Assembly: GCA_947053645.1 (NCBI GenBank)
Contig: CAMRTM010000002.1
Location: 41-64,040 of the forward strand
Source of the DNA: an uncultured Bacillota bacterium
Lineage (GTDB): Bacteria; Bacillota; Clostridia; Christensenellales; UBA1242
Length of the DNA stretch: 64,000 nucleotides
Direction of reading: 5' to 3'
Shown: in pieces, positions 46,361 through 56,120 of the stretch
Position numbering within the stretch: the stretch's first letter is position 1
How the letters are laid out: every line of letters begins with the position of its first letter
Notes under the pieces: model-generated
The model's input: only the letters and a program-made list of their open reading frames with translations
Told to the model about the DNA's origin: nothing
The model's database searches: none
Translations under genes and position numbers: made by a program

Positions 46361-47833
46361 ATGCAGTTATACAAACTTTTAGAGGGAGTAAAAGCATGGA
46401 GCAGTGCAACAAATGACGAAATTGAAATTACAGGGGTAAGTATTGATAGTCGCAAATGTAGGAAGGGAGATATTTTTATTGCCTTGGATGGCACCAATAC
46501 TAGAGGGGATGACTATATTTCCGAGGCTATTCAAAATGGTGCAAAGGCCATTGTCACACAACACGCGTCAGATAGAGATGGAGAGATTATAGTTGAGAAT
46601 GCGAGGGAAGCATATGCACTTATCTGTAAAAATTTTTATGGCAAGGCTTGTGATCAACTTAAAATTATTGGAGTAACCGGCACAAATGGTAAGACAACTA
46701 CAGCAACATTAATTGCTGACATATTAAAAAGTTGTAAAAAGAATGTCGGACTGATTGGTACTCTTGGAGTAAGTTATGATGATAACGCGTATTATACCGG
46801 CTTTACCACGCCTGATCCGCATATTCTTCACAAAAGTTTTAAGGACATGGTTGAGGATGGAATCGAGTATGTGATTATGGAAGTATCTGCACATGCTATC
46901 GCCCTTAAAAAACTTTGCGGGATTAAATTTGAACTTGGAGTACTTACAAACATCACCCAAGACCATTTGGATTTTTTCAAAGATATGGATGCCTATGCCG
47001 GAACTAAACTTTCCTTTTTTAGTAAGGAAAATATGAAAGCGGGTCTGATAAATAGTGACGATGAAAGGGCGAGAATACTTTTAAAAACTGCGGATGTACC
47101 TATTATTACCTATGGACTTGATAATCCAAGTGACATTTTTGCCATCAATATAGAAAGCAGTTTTGATGGTACAAGTTTCATCTGCAACTGTCTTGACAAC
47201 ATTGTTCCTATCAAAACGAATTTAGTGGGGCGGTACAATGTTTCTAATGCCATTGCTGCAATCGGAGTATGTAATGCAATCGGTGAAAATATAAATAAAA
47301 TTGCTTTAAGTCTTCATTATATCAGTCCTGTCGAGGGAAGATTTAATATTATTAAGCATAAAAATTTCAATATAGTCATTGATTATGCACACACTAGTGA
47401 TGGCATAGAAAATATATTAAAGTCGGCAAAGCCTCTTACTGAGGGCAGACTTATTGCGCTCTTCGGTTGTGGTGGAGATAGAGATAGGCTGAAGCGTCCC
47501 ATTATGGGGAGGGTGGCAGGAACTCTTGCAGACAAACTCTGGCTTACAAGTGACAATCCGCGTAGTGAAAAACCATTAGACATCATTAAAGAGATTGAAA
47601 ATGGGGTGCCTAACAATGTGGATTATGAAATTTGTGAAAACAGGGCTAACGCGATTGAAAAGGCACTTGATGATTGCAAAAAGGGTGACACACTTGTCAT
47701 ACTTGGTAAGGGTGCTGAAAAATATCAGGAAATTGATGGAGAGAAAATTCCATATAACGATTTTGATGAAGTTTACAAATACTTTAGAAAACACATAACT
47801 ATAAAAAGACAGGGGGATGACGAAAGTGAGTGA
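46361..47833 (+). CDS. murE: UDP-MurNAc-L-Ala-D-Glu--2,6-diaminopimelate ligase
   Basis: GVTGTNGKTTT; the DNPR motif (TSDNPRSE) indicates meso-DAP specificity. Confidence 0.93.
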   Translation: MQLYKLLEGVKAWSSATNDEIEITGVSIDSRKCRKGDIFIALDGTNTRGDDYISEAIQNGAKAIVTQHASDRDGEIIVENAREAYALICKNFYGKACDQLKIIGVTGTNGKTTTATLIADILKSCKKNVGLIGTLGVSYDDNAYYTGFTTPDPHILHKSFKDMVEDGIEYVIMEVSAHAIALKKLCGIKFELGVLTNITQDHLDFFKDMDAYAGTKLSFFSKENMKAGLINSDDERARILLKTADVPIITYGLDNPSDIFAINIESSFDGTSFICNCLDNIVPIKTNLVGRYNVSNAIAAIGVCNAIGENINKIALSLHYISPVEGRFNIIKHKNFNIVIDYAHTSDGIENILKSAKPLTEGRLIALFGCGGDRDRLKRPIMGRVAGTLADKLWLTSDNPRSEKPLDIIKEIENGVPNNVDYEICENRANAIEKALDDCKKGDTLVILGKGAEKYQEIDGEKIPYNDFDEVYKYFRKHITIKRQGDDESE

Positions 47834-48803
47834 TATTTTAAGGTATATTTTAGTTTGTATGACAGGGTTAGGAGTGGGATTGCTTGTCGCATTCCCAATC
47901 CTTTCGCTTGCAAGAAAATTAAAGTTCTCACAGACTGTACTTCATTATGTGGACAAGCATGCGGGCAAAAGTGGCACTCCTACAATGGGAGGACTTATCT
48001 TTATTTCTTCAACCATACTTTCCACCTTATTTTTTATAAAAGGACAAGCATTTTGGGCAATTCTTACCCTTATCATTATGCTTGCTTATGGTATGCTAGG
48101 GTTTCTTGACGATTTTATTAAAATTAAGTTTCACCAAAATGAGGGATTAAAGCCCTATCAAAAAATCATTGGACAGGTCGGCATTTCCCTTGTAGTAGCA
48201 CTTTATGTTTATTTTAATGTTGGCTCGCAACTGGATTTATTTGGTCTTACCTTGGATTTAGGATTCTTTATAATTCCATTTGTGATGATATTTTTTGTTG
48301 CGGTTACTAATAGCGTCAACCTCCTAGATGGTCTTGACGGACTTGCAAGCGGAGTAAGCGGAACATATATACTATTTTTTGGCGTTATTCTTGCAATTAT
48401 TGGCGGACAAGCCTTTTCCAATATGGCGGTGGCATCTTTTGCCATGTTTGGTTCCCTTCTTGCCTATATCTGCTTTAATGGATTCCCTGCGAAGATTTTT
48501 ATGGGAGATACCGGCTCACTTGCACTTGGTGGGTTTATAGCATCCATTGCTGTCTTTTCAGGACTTGAACTGATTGTACCAATAATGGGGTTACTTTATG
48601 TTCTTACCGCACTTAGTGATATTTTGCAGGTGGCACATTATAAACGCACACACAAGCGAATATTTAAAATGGCACCTCTTCATCACCATTTTGAGCAACT
48701 TGGCGTGCATGAAAACCGTATTGTCACAATATATATAATTATAACCTTTGTGCTTGGTCTTGCCAGCACAATGGGTTACTTATTTGTGACAGGGGTTATA
48801 TGA
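47817..48803 (+). CDS. mraY: Phospho-N-acetylmuramoyl-pentapeptide transferase
   Basis: GTPTMGGL, NSVNLLDGLDGLA and MGDTGSLALGG motifs. Confidence 0.96.
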   Translation: MTKVSDILRYILVCMTGLGVGLLVAFPILSLARKLKFSQTVLHYVDKHAGKSGTPTMGGLIFISSTILSTLFFIKGQAFWAILTLIIMLAYGMLGFLDDFIKIKFHQNEGLKPYQKIIGQVGISLVVALYVYFNVGSQLDLFGLTLDLGFFIIPFVMIFFVAVTNSVNLLDGLDGLASGVSGTYILFFGVILAIIGGQAFSNMAVASFAMFGSLLAYICFNGFPAKIFMGDTGSLALGGFIASIAVFSGLELIVPIMGLLYVLTALSDILQVAHYKRTHKRIFKMAPLHHHFEQLGVHENRIVTIYIIITFVLGLASTMGYLFVTGVI

Positions 48804-50089
48804 AAAGTTTAGAAGGAAAAAGAGTTTTAGTTTATGGTATGGGGACAAGCGGGCAGGCGGCTTGCAAACTTTTACATGAAAAGGGAGCCTGTGTGAGTTT
48901 TTATGACGACGAAGAGAGATTTTCTAATTTCTATTCCTGCGAAAAAAATCCCACTACAAAATGTTACGATATGGTGGTGGTAAGTCCAGGAATTAAGGTT
49001 ATTGGGAATGAGATTATCTCTCATTTTTTATTGAATAAAACTATGGTTATTAGTGAACTTGACCTTGGCTATATCTTTTCTTGTGGTAAGATAGTCGGCA
49101 TTACTGGCACCAACGGAAAAACAACGACAACTTCTTTAGTTGGCGAAATTCTTAAAGCGGCAGGACGGAAAACTTTTGTGTGTGGGAATATAGGTCTTCC
49201 CATTTCTTCCATTGCTTTGAATACAAGCAAGGATTCTATCATAGTTTGCGAAGTAAGCAATTTTCAACTTGAACTTAGTCAAAAGTTTTCTGCTGATATT
49301 TCTGTGATCTTAAATCTTGCACCCGACCATATAGACAGGCATGGGAGTTATGAGGAGTATATAAGGGTAAAGAAAAAAATTATTAATAACAAAGCCTTAA
49401 TTTTAAATTTAGATGATGACAAGGTTAAAGGGCTTAGAATAAGCAAAAAGAATATATATTTTTCACTTAGACCCCTTAAAAAAGGGATTTATCTTAAAAA
49501 TAATGCGATTTTCTATAATCGTACCCGAATTATGCCGCTTAGTGAAATTTCGCTTGTGGGTGATAAAAACCTTTTGAACATTATGGCGGCGATTGGAGTG
49601 GCAATGAAACTTAAGGTAAAACCTAAAATAATACGCTCGGTGGTTTCAAAGTTTCAGCCTCCTAAACATAGGCTTCAATTTTTAGGCAAACTTGCCAGCG
49701 GTGCTGTTGTAATTGACGACAGCAAAGCGACCAATATTTCTTCGGTGGAAATGGCACTTGAAAGTTTATACGGACGAGAAATCATTCTTCTAATGGGTGG
49801 ACAAAATAAAGATTGCGATTTTGAACCTTTTTTCGAAAAAAGATTTTCACTTGTAAAACTTGTATGTTTTGGTCAGGCAGGGAAATATTTGGCTTCTTGT
49901 GCTAAAAGGGCGGGATATAATCCAGAGGTGTTTGCCTCTATGAAAGAAGGTTGCGAGTATGTAAAAAGTATTGCGGGGGCTGGGCAGGTGGTTTTGCTCT
50001 CTCCAGCATGTGCAAGTTTTGACGAGTTTTCTTCCTACGCAGTGCGTGGTGAAATATTTAAGGAGGTTATGTTTGAAGAGGAAATTTGA
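48800..50089 (+). CDS. murD: UDP-MurNAc-L-alanine--D-glutamate ligase
   Basis: VLVYGMGTSGQA...GITGTNGKTTTT...DDSKATN. Confidence 0.95.
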   Translation: MKSLEGKRVLVYGMGTSGQAACKLLHEKGACVSFYDDEERFSNFYSCEKNPTTKCYDMVVVSPGIKVIGNEIISHFLLNKTMVISELDLGYIFSCGKIVGITGTNGKTTTTSLVGEILKAAGRKTFVCGNIGLPISSIALNTSKDSIIVCEVSNFQLELSQKFSADISVILNLAPDHIDRHGSYEEYIRVKKKIINNKALILNLDDDKVKGLRISKKNIYFSLRPLKKGIYLKNNAIFYNRTRIMPLSEISLVGDKNLLNIMAAIGVAMKLKVKPKIIRSVVSKFQPPKHRLQFLGKLASGAVVIDDSKATNISSVEMALESLYGREIILLMGGQNKDCDFEPFFEKRFSLVKLVCFGQAGKYLASCAKRAGYNPEVFASMKEGCEYVKSIAGAGQVVLLSPACASFDEFSSYAVRGEIFKEVMFEEEI

Positions 50090-51230
50090 TAAACAAATCT
50101 TTTTGGTTGTATTACTTGTGTTTATCTTAGTTACTTTTGGTTGCATTATGGTGTATAGCGCAAGTTTTTATTCCGCCGAGTACCATTATGGAAACAAGTA
50201 TTTTTTCTTATTTAAACAAATCATGGGTGTAGTTTTGGGCATATGCGCACTTGTCTTTTTCGCATTTTTTGATTATCATCTTTTAAAAAAAATCAAGTGG
50301 TGGATTTACGGCTTTACTATGCTTTTACTTGCGCTTGTTTTTGTGCCACACATAGGTGTGGAAAGTTATGGAGCCAAGCGTTGGGTTTCAATACTCGGCT
50401 TTTCTATTCAGCCCTCGGAAATTGCTAAATTTGCCCTTGTCATTTTTGCTGCAAGTCATCTTTCAGACAATCATGATAAGGCGAAAACTCTTAAAGGTTT
50501 ATTACCAGTGCTATGCGTTGCAGGCTCTCTATGTATTATGATTATCTTAGAGCCAAGTATGAGTGTAACTATGTGTGTTGCATTTGTAACTTTGTTTATG
50601 CTTATTATTGGTGGGATGAGTAAAAAGCACACTCTTATGTTCTCCATTCCTGCGGGAGCCTTTGTTCCACTTCTAATCGTTCTTGAACCTTATAGGCTTA
50701 AACGGTTAATGGCGTTCCTTAACCCTTGGGCGTCACCCCAAGGAGAGGGCTTCCAACTTATTCAATCCCTTTATTCACTTGGCTCGGGTGGTTGGTTTGG
50801 TGTGGGGCTATTTAATTCTCGTCAAAAATTTCTGTTTCTGCCATTTGCTGAAAGTGATTTCATCCTTTCGATAATTGGCGAAGAGGTTGGTTTTATTGGC
50901 ACAATTATGCTTATGTGTGTATTTTTAGCACTTGTGCTTTCTCTTGCTAAAATTGCACTAAACGCAAAGGATAGATTTGGTGCGATGCTTGTAAGTGGAG
51001 TGGCTTTTGTAATTGGGGTGCAGACCCTTCTTAATATCGCGGTTGTGACGGGAAGTATTCCTCCGACAGGACTTCCACTTCCATTTATTTCAAGTGGCGG
51101 AACCTCTGTTATGGTGTTTATGGCGGCGATTGGCATTTGCATCAATGTTTGGAGACAGAGAAATAAGGAGCCTTCAAAAGGACTTTTAAAACTTCCGTTT
51201 AATATGAGAAAAATGAACAAAAAAGCATAG
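50073..51230 (+). CDS. ftsW: SEDS-family peptidoglycan polymerase FtsW/SpoVE
   Basis: TTG at 50073, 6 nt after RBS aaggagg. Ten-TM SEDS pattern; PSEIAKF...GSIPPTGLPLPFISSGGTS. The ORF-track start at 49971 lies inside murD. Confidence 0.9.
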   Translation: MKRKFDKQIFLVVLLVFILVTFGCIMVYSASFYSAEYHYGNKYFFLFKQIMGVVLGICALVFFAFFDYHLLKKIKWWIYGFTMLLLALVFVPHIGVESYGAKRWVSILGFSIQPSEIAKFALVIFAASHLSDNHDKAKTLKGLLPVLCVAGSLCIMIILEPSMSVTMCVAFVTLFMLIIGGMSKKHTLMFSIPAGAFVPLLIVLEPYRLKRLMAFLNPWASPQGEGFQLIQSLYSLGSGGWFGVGLFNSRQKFLFLPFAESDFILSIIGEEVGFIGTIMLMCVFLALVLSLAKIALNAKDRFGAMLVSGVAFVIGVQTLLNIAVVTGSIPPTGLPLPFISSGGTSVMVFMAAIGICINVWRQRNKEPSKGLLKLPFNMRKMNKKA

Positions 51231-51250
51231 CGAAAGCTATGCTTTTTTTT
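51221..51250 (+). terminator. Rho-independent terminator after ftsW/spoVE
   Basis: aaaagcatagc / gctatgctttt 11-bp stem, GAAA loop, T tract. Confidence 0.85.
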
Positions 51251-51297
51251 AAACAAAAATACACTTTTTTCATACATATATATGTATAGAGGTGCAT

Positions 51298-52557
51298 ATG
51301 CAAAGATTTTACATAAATGGCGGGAGGAGATTAAAAGGCAGGATTACTATTGACACTGCCAAAAATGCCTTACTTCCTATTCTTGCTGGTTGTATTATGG
51401 TGGATGGAGTGACAACCCTTGAAAGTGCAACTAGATATAGTGATATAGACGCAATGTGCGACATTTTATCTTATTTAGGTGCCAGTACCATGTGGCAGGA
51501 AGATAACCTTATTATTGACACGACAGATATTAATGGCAGTGACATAACTCTGAGTCAGTCTAGCAAACTTCGTGCCTCTATTTTTGCGTTAGGGCCACTT
51601 CTTGGAAGACAAAAGATTGCAAAGGTTGCATACCCTGGGGGCTGTGACATTGGGGTAAGACCAATTGACATACATATAAGTGGGCTAAAACAATTAGGCG
51701 CCCATGTCATTGAAAAAAATGGGTTTATCTACGCAAACGGAAAAAATATGAGGGGTGGAGATATTGCACTTAGTTTTCCAAGTGTTGGAGCAACCGAAAA
51801 CCTTATGATGGCGGCGGTGCTTATTAAAGGTACGACAAGGCTTTTCAATGTGGCAAAAGAACCTGAAATTGTGGATTTGCAAAACTTCCTTAACGCTTGT
51901 GGGGCAAAGATAACTGGTGCGGGAAGTGAAATTATCACTATTGAAGGAGTGAAACGATTAAATAAAAATGTTGTATATAGGCCTATTTCTGATAGGATTA
52001 TAGCAGGAACACACATGCTTGCATGTGCCATTTGTGGCGGGAAAATAACACTAAACAATGTAAATGCAAAGCATAATGAGGCTTTAATTTCTTATTTACG
52101 CAAATCTGCTTGCCAGTTTGATATTAAAAATGATAAAATAACAATGAAATCACAGGGGCGACTTAAAAGTTTCGGCGAAGTGGAAACAGCAATTTACCCT
52201 GGTGTGCCTACCGATTTGCAGGCACAGATTATGGCTCTTCAATGCGTAAGCGAGGGCTCTTGCATGATTGTAGAAAATCTTTTTGAATCAAGATTTAAAC
52301 ATGTTCCAGAACTTATTAAACTTGGTGCCGATATAAGATGCAAAGGGAGTGTCTGTTTCATAAGCGGAAAGGAAAAACTTTATGGAGCGGCAGTCAAAGC
52401 GAAAGATTTGCGGGGCGGGGCTGGACTTGTGCTTGCGGGGCTTGTAGCCGAAGGTTATACAACTATAGAGGGTATAGGTTATATCGACAGAGGCTATTAT
52501 AAACTTGAAGAGCAACTCAGAGCCTTGGGTGCGGACATTATTAGGGAGGAAATTTGA
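51298..52557 (+). CDS. murA: UDP-N-acetylglucosamine 1-carboxyvinyltransferase
   Basis: INGGRRLKGRITIDTAKNALLPILA; active-site Cys in YPGGCDIGVRPID. Confidence 0.94.
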   Translation: MQRFYINGGRRLKGRITIDTAKNALLPILAGCIMVDGVTTLESATRYSDIDAMCDILSYLGASTMWQEDNLIIDTTDINGSDITLSQSSKLRASIFALGPLLGRQKIAKVAYPGGCDIGVRPIDIHISGLKQLGAHVIEKNGFIYANGKNMRGGDIALSFPSVGATENLMMAAVLIKGTTRLFNVAKEPEIVDLQNFLNACGAKITGAGSEIITIEGVKRLNKNVVYRPISDRIIAGTHMLACAICGGKITLNNVNAKHNEALISYLRKSACQFDIKNDKITMKSQGRLKSFGEVETAIYPGVPTDLQAQIMALQCVSEGSCMIVENLFESRFKHVPELIKLGADIRCKGSVCFISGKEKLYGAAVKAKDLRGGAGLVLAGLVAEGYTTIEGIGYIDRGYYKLEEQLRALGADIIREEI

Positions 52558-53429
52558 AGAAAAAGTTATTGATAATTTTGGGTGCGCTTGGCGGTTTTAT
52601 AGCGGTGTGCTTAATTCTTTGCTTTACTCTTTTTTCTTTAAAAACTGTCGAGGTCGATTTTAGGACAAGTACTTCTGTAATTACTGGACAGGCAGAGGAA
52701 ATTATTAAAAGCGGTGAATTTGGCTATGGCGGAAGTGTGATTTTTATGGGTAAGAAAAACCCCGCTGCGAAGATTGAAAAATCTTTTCCTTATATTAAGG
52801 TAATTAATATTGAAACTGTATTTCCTTCAAAATATATTATTCATTGTAGTGAAAGACAGCAGGTATATGCGATTGAACTTAATGATAAGACATATATTTG
52901 TGACGAAGACTTTAAAGTCCTTGAAATCAAAGATGGAAGATATGAAGATGTGGAAAGCAGTGCTATTCTTTTCAAAGGGCTTCGTGTAAAAAATGCAAAC
53001 GCACTTGCAGGGGAGTTTTTAGAGATTGATAACAAGGTGGATCTATACTCTTCCTTTATAAAAAACAACAGGCTTTTGCATGAGCAAAAGGCTATTATCA
53101 AAAGCATAGAAACTGGACTTATGAAAAATGATATAAATAAAGAAGAGCAATATATTTCTTTACAAACCTATAGCGGTCAGACTTTCATTCTTAAAAACGC
53201 AGTGGACAGGCTGGATTTTAAAGTTATGCATATGCTTAATGTTTATTCACAAATTTATTCACTAATTGGCAAAGCAATTGATAGAGAAAAACCAGCAGAG
53301 GGCGACAATGTATGGACAAAAGAGAAATTGGACACTGCACGCGTGGAGATAAGAAGTTTCTATCTTCAAGAGGGGCATGAAGAAAGTGATATGCGAATTG
53401 ACATATATCCACAAAATATGGACAATTAA
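52554..53429 (+). CDS. divIB: Cell division protein DivIB/FtsQ
   Basis: TTG start after RBS gggagg. N-terminal TM segment, then POTRA/FtsQ-like region; position before ftsA. Confidence 0.8.
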   Translation: MKKKLLIILGALGGFIAVCLILCFTLFSLKTVEVDFRTSTSVITGQAEEIIKSGEFGYGGSVIFMGKKNPAAKIEKSFPYIKVINIETVFPSKYIIHCSERQQVYAIELNDKTYICDEDFKVLEIKDGRYEDVESSAILFKGLRVKNANALAGEFLEIDNKVDLYSSFIKNNRLLHEQKAIIKSIETGLMKNDINKEEQYISLQTYSGQTFILKNAVDRLDFKVMHMLNVYSQIYSLIGKAIDREKPAEGDNVWTKEKLDTARVEIRSFYLQEGHEESDMRIDIYPQNMDN

Positions 53430-53481
53430 TTTGACAAATAGAGAAAAATTCACTAAACTTAGTATATAAAGGGGCAAGTAT

Positions 53482-54603
53482 ATGACAAAAGATTATATTT
53501 TGGTACTGGATATAGGTTCATCAAAACTACGCGTTATGCGTGCGGGTGAGGGGGTTAACAACACTTTCACTTTAAAAGGCTACGCTGAAACCGAGTATGA
53601 CGGGTATTATGAAGGTAGATTTTTAAATCCTGATGCAATTGGCGATTGTATCAGAGGGCTGTTAAACGAACTTGATATTGAATCTAGCAAAAATGATGGT
53701 AAGATATACATTGGAGTGCCAAGTGAATTTTCTTCCGTGGTTTGCACTACTGCAACTTATAATCTAGGAGAAAGGCGTAAGATAAGAAAAGCCGATATTG
53801 ACAACCTTTTTTACTCAGCAAGTGAAAAAGCAAAAAGCGAAAATGTGGAGATTGTGAGTGTAAATCCAATAGCATACAAACTCGATGAGGGCAGACTTTC
53901 TAATAATCCTGTGGGGGAACAGGCTACAAGTATTCTGGCAGAACTTTCAATAATTTATAGTGTTAAGGGCTTCATAGACTTATTTAATAATATAGTTGCA
54001 AGTTTAGGTTTTGAAAGTGTTGAATACATATCTGAACCTCTTGCAGAAGGACTTTTTGTAGTAAGCAAAGAGGAAAGAGAAAATCTTAATATGCTTATTA
54101 ATGTAGGCGATCTTACAACTAATGTTTCTTTCATAAAAGGGGAGGGACTTGCCTCTCTTGCTTCATTTTCAATTGGCGGTGGACATATTACAAATGACCT
54201 TTCCGAGGCATTTGATCTGTCGCTTGCGGAAGCGGACAGGCTAAAGAAACAGATTATCTTATCTTTAAAGGGTAAAAATAACGATTTTTATGAACTGATG
54301 ACCGATAATGGCAGAGTTATTAAGATACCTCTTAATACAGCAAATGACATTGTTGCTTCAAGAATTGAAATTATTGCGAGTGCGGTTAGTCAATGCGTAC
54401 AACTCTTTTCTTCCCAATTTATTTCTTACCTTCCAGTTTTCTTATCTGGGGCAGGAGTAAGTTTAATAAAGGGCGGGCGTGATTACCTTGCAAAGTGCCT
54501 TGGACGCAATGTTTCCTATGGCGTTCCGCCACTTCCAAGCAAGGATAAACCACAAAATGCCTCTATCTACTCACTTATTGCCTGTGCGCTTGGCAAGGTT
54601 TAA
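53482..54603 (+). CDS. ftsA: Cell division protein FtsA (short form, no C-terminal tail)
   Basis: LVLDIGSSKLRVM...; actin-like fold motifs (VGDLTTNVS, SGAGVSLIKG); 373 aa. Confidence 0.9.
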   Translation: MTKDYILVLDIGSSKLRVMRAGEGVNNTFTLKGYAETEYDGYYEGRFLNPDAIGDCIRGLLNELDIESSKNDGKIYIGVPSEFSSVVCTTATYNLGERRKIRKADIDNLFYSASEKAKSENVEIVSVNPIAYKLDEGRLSNNPVGEQATSILAELSIIYSVKGFIDLFNNIVASLGFESVEYISEPLAEGLFVVSKEERENLNMLINVGDLTTNVSFIKGEGLASLASFSIGGGHITNDLSEAFDLSLAEADRLKKQIILSLKGKNNDFYELMTDNGRVIKIPLNTANDIVASRIEIIASAVSQCVQLFSSQFISYLPVFLSGAGVSLIKGGRDYLAKCLGRNVSYGVPPLPSKDKPQNASIYSLIACALGKV

Positions 54604-54666
54604 TGAGTAAATATAAATAAAAATGAAAAAATATACACAAAATTAAAAAAATATACGGCGATTTAT

Positions 54667-54695
54667 TTGCAAAAAATGAAACAATGTATTAAAAT
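54667..54695 (+). promoter_or_regulatory. Sigma-A type promoter directly upstream of ftsZ
   Basis: TTGCAA (54667-72), 17-nt spacer, TAAAAT (54690-95). Confidence 0.6.
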
Positions 54696-54728
54696 AGAGT
54701 TAAATTTAAGGGACAAGGAGCAAAAACT

Positions 54729-55910
54729 ATGGAAAATATGAACACTTCAGTCGCAAAAATCAAGGTCGTTGGCGTTGGTGGCGCTGGAAATAATGCTATC
54801 AATCGTATGATTGATGCTGGTGTTAGTTCTGCCGAGTTCGTGGCAGTGAACACCGACAAACAAACTTTGCTTGTAAGCAAAGCAGAAACAAGACTTCAAA
54901 TTGGTGAAAGACTTACTGGTGGGCTTGGCGCAGGTGCAAACCCTGAAATTGGACAAAAAGCAGCAGAGGAGAGCAAATCTTCTATTACTGAAATGCTTAA
55001 AGGAACAAACCTTGTATTTATTACGGCTGGTCTTGGTGGCGGGTCGGGCTCTGGTGCAGCACCAGTCATTGCTCAGATTTCAAAAGAACTGGGCATACTT
55101 ACTATTGCTGTTGTAACTAAACCTTTTGGATTTGAAGGCCCAGTAAGAGCAAAGAATGCTGATAAGGCCCTTGAAAACCTTAGAAAGTATGTGGATGCAC
55201 TTGTTGTTATTCCAAATGAGAAATTACTCCAGATTGTTCCTAAGAAAACTCCTATTACAGAATCATTTAGATTTGCAGATGATGTGCTTAGACAAGGCGT
55301 GCAGGGTATAAGTGACCTCATTGTATTCCCTGGACTTATTAACCTTGACTTTGCTGATGTTACTACAATTATGAAAAACAAGGGTCTTGCTCATATGGGT
55401 ATTGGTTATGGTCAAGGCGAAAATAAAGCACTTGACGCAGTTAAACAAGCAGTGGCAAGTCCACTTCTTGAAACTACTATCGAGGGTGCAACCGGACTTC
55501 TTATCAATATTAAGGGTGGAAATGACTTAACACAAGATGATATGAGTGAGGCTGCAGCACTTGTAAGAGAGGTTGTTGACGAAAATTGCAATATCATTCT
55601 TGGTACAAGCATTGACGAAAATATGCATGATGAAGTGGAAATCACTCTCATTGCAACTGGCTTCCCTCTTACTGAAGAGGCTAAAGAAAACACCGCTGTT
55701 GCTGGTGCAAGAAGCATTGGCAATATGGGAGAAAAGAAGGAAAATGCTCCTTCTGCAAGAAGCATCTTCAGTGGTTATGCTCAGCAGGCAAAAATGGAGG
55801 AAAAACCAGAGGTTTCTGTAACTCCTAACAACAACATGGGTTCTTCTCGTGTGGAAGTTGAATCTTCTGTTCCACCATGGATTGAAAAACTTAGAAAAAA
55901 TAAGAAGTAG
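54729..55910 (+). CDS. ftsZ: Cell division GTPase FtsZ
   Basis: KVVGVGGAGNNAINRM, GGLGGGSGSGAAPV; C-terminal peptide VPPWIEKLRKNKK. Confidence 0.98.
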   Translation: MENMNTSVAKIKVVGVGGAGNNAINRMIDAGVSSAEFVAVNTDKQTLLVSKAETRLQIGERLTGGLGAGANPEIGQKAAEESKSSITEMLKGTNLVFITAGLGGGSGSGAAPVIAQISKELGILTIAVVTKPFGFEGPVRAKNADKALENLRKYVDALVVIPNEKLLQIVPKKTPITESFRFADDVLRQGVQGISDLIVFPGLINLDFADVTTIMKNKGLAHMGIGYGQGENKALDAVKQAVASPLLETTIEGATGLLINIKGGNDLTQDDMSEAAALVREVVDENCNIILGTSIDENMHDEVEITLIATGFPLTEEAKENTAVAGARSIGNMGEKKENAPSARSIFSGYAQQAKMEEKPEVSVTPNNNMGSSRVEVESSVPPWIEKLRKNKK

Positions 55911-55913
55911 GAT

Positions 55914-55940
55914 GTTACTTTTCTATGCTAGAAAAGTAAC
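55914..55940 (+). other. Perfect 11-bp hairpin 3 nt after the ftsZ stop
   Basis: gttacttttct / agaaaagtaac, loop atgct; no T tract. Confidence 0.6.
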
Positions 55941-56002
55941 CAAAAGACCCGAGGAGTTGCAATTCCCCTCGGACTCCCACAAACGCTTTTTAATTTGATG
56001 CA

Positions 56003-56030
56003 AACACCTATAGTGAATAGGTGTTTTTTA
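56003..56030 (+). terminator. Rho-independent terminator of the ftsAZ unit
   Basis: aacacctat / ataggtgtt stem followed by T5. Confidence 0.8.
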
Positions 56031-56036
56031 TTACAA

Positions 56037-56048
56037 TATTCGCGAATA
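56037..56048. promoter_or_regulatory. Perfect 12-bp palindrome with two overlapping Spo0A-box-like half sites upstream of spoIIGA
   Basis: tattcgcgaata. TCGCGAA matches the 0A box TGNCGAA at 6/7 positions on both strands. It lies 73 nt upstream of the ATG. Confidence 0.3.
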
Positions 56049-56120
56049 AGTAGCAGGCTATGGCATTTTTCTTTTTTCTATTAAAGTATATATTTTATAA
56101 AATATAATAAAGAGGCCTAA

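Noticed and set aside
56103-56108. TATAAT hexamer upstream of spoIIGA.
   Set aside because: It lies only about 12 nt from the ATG, so a transcript from it would lack the RBS (agagg, 56111-15). It is not a plausible promoter.
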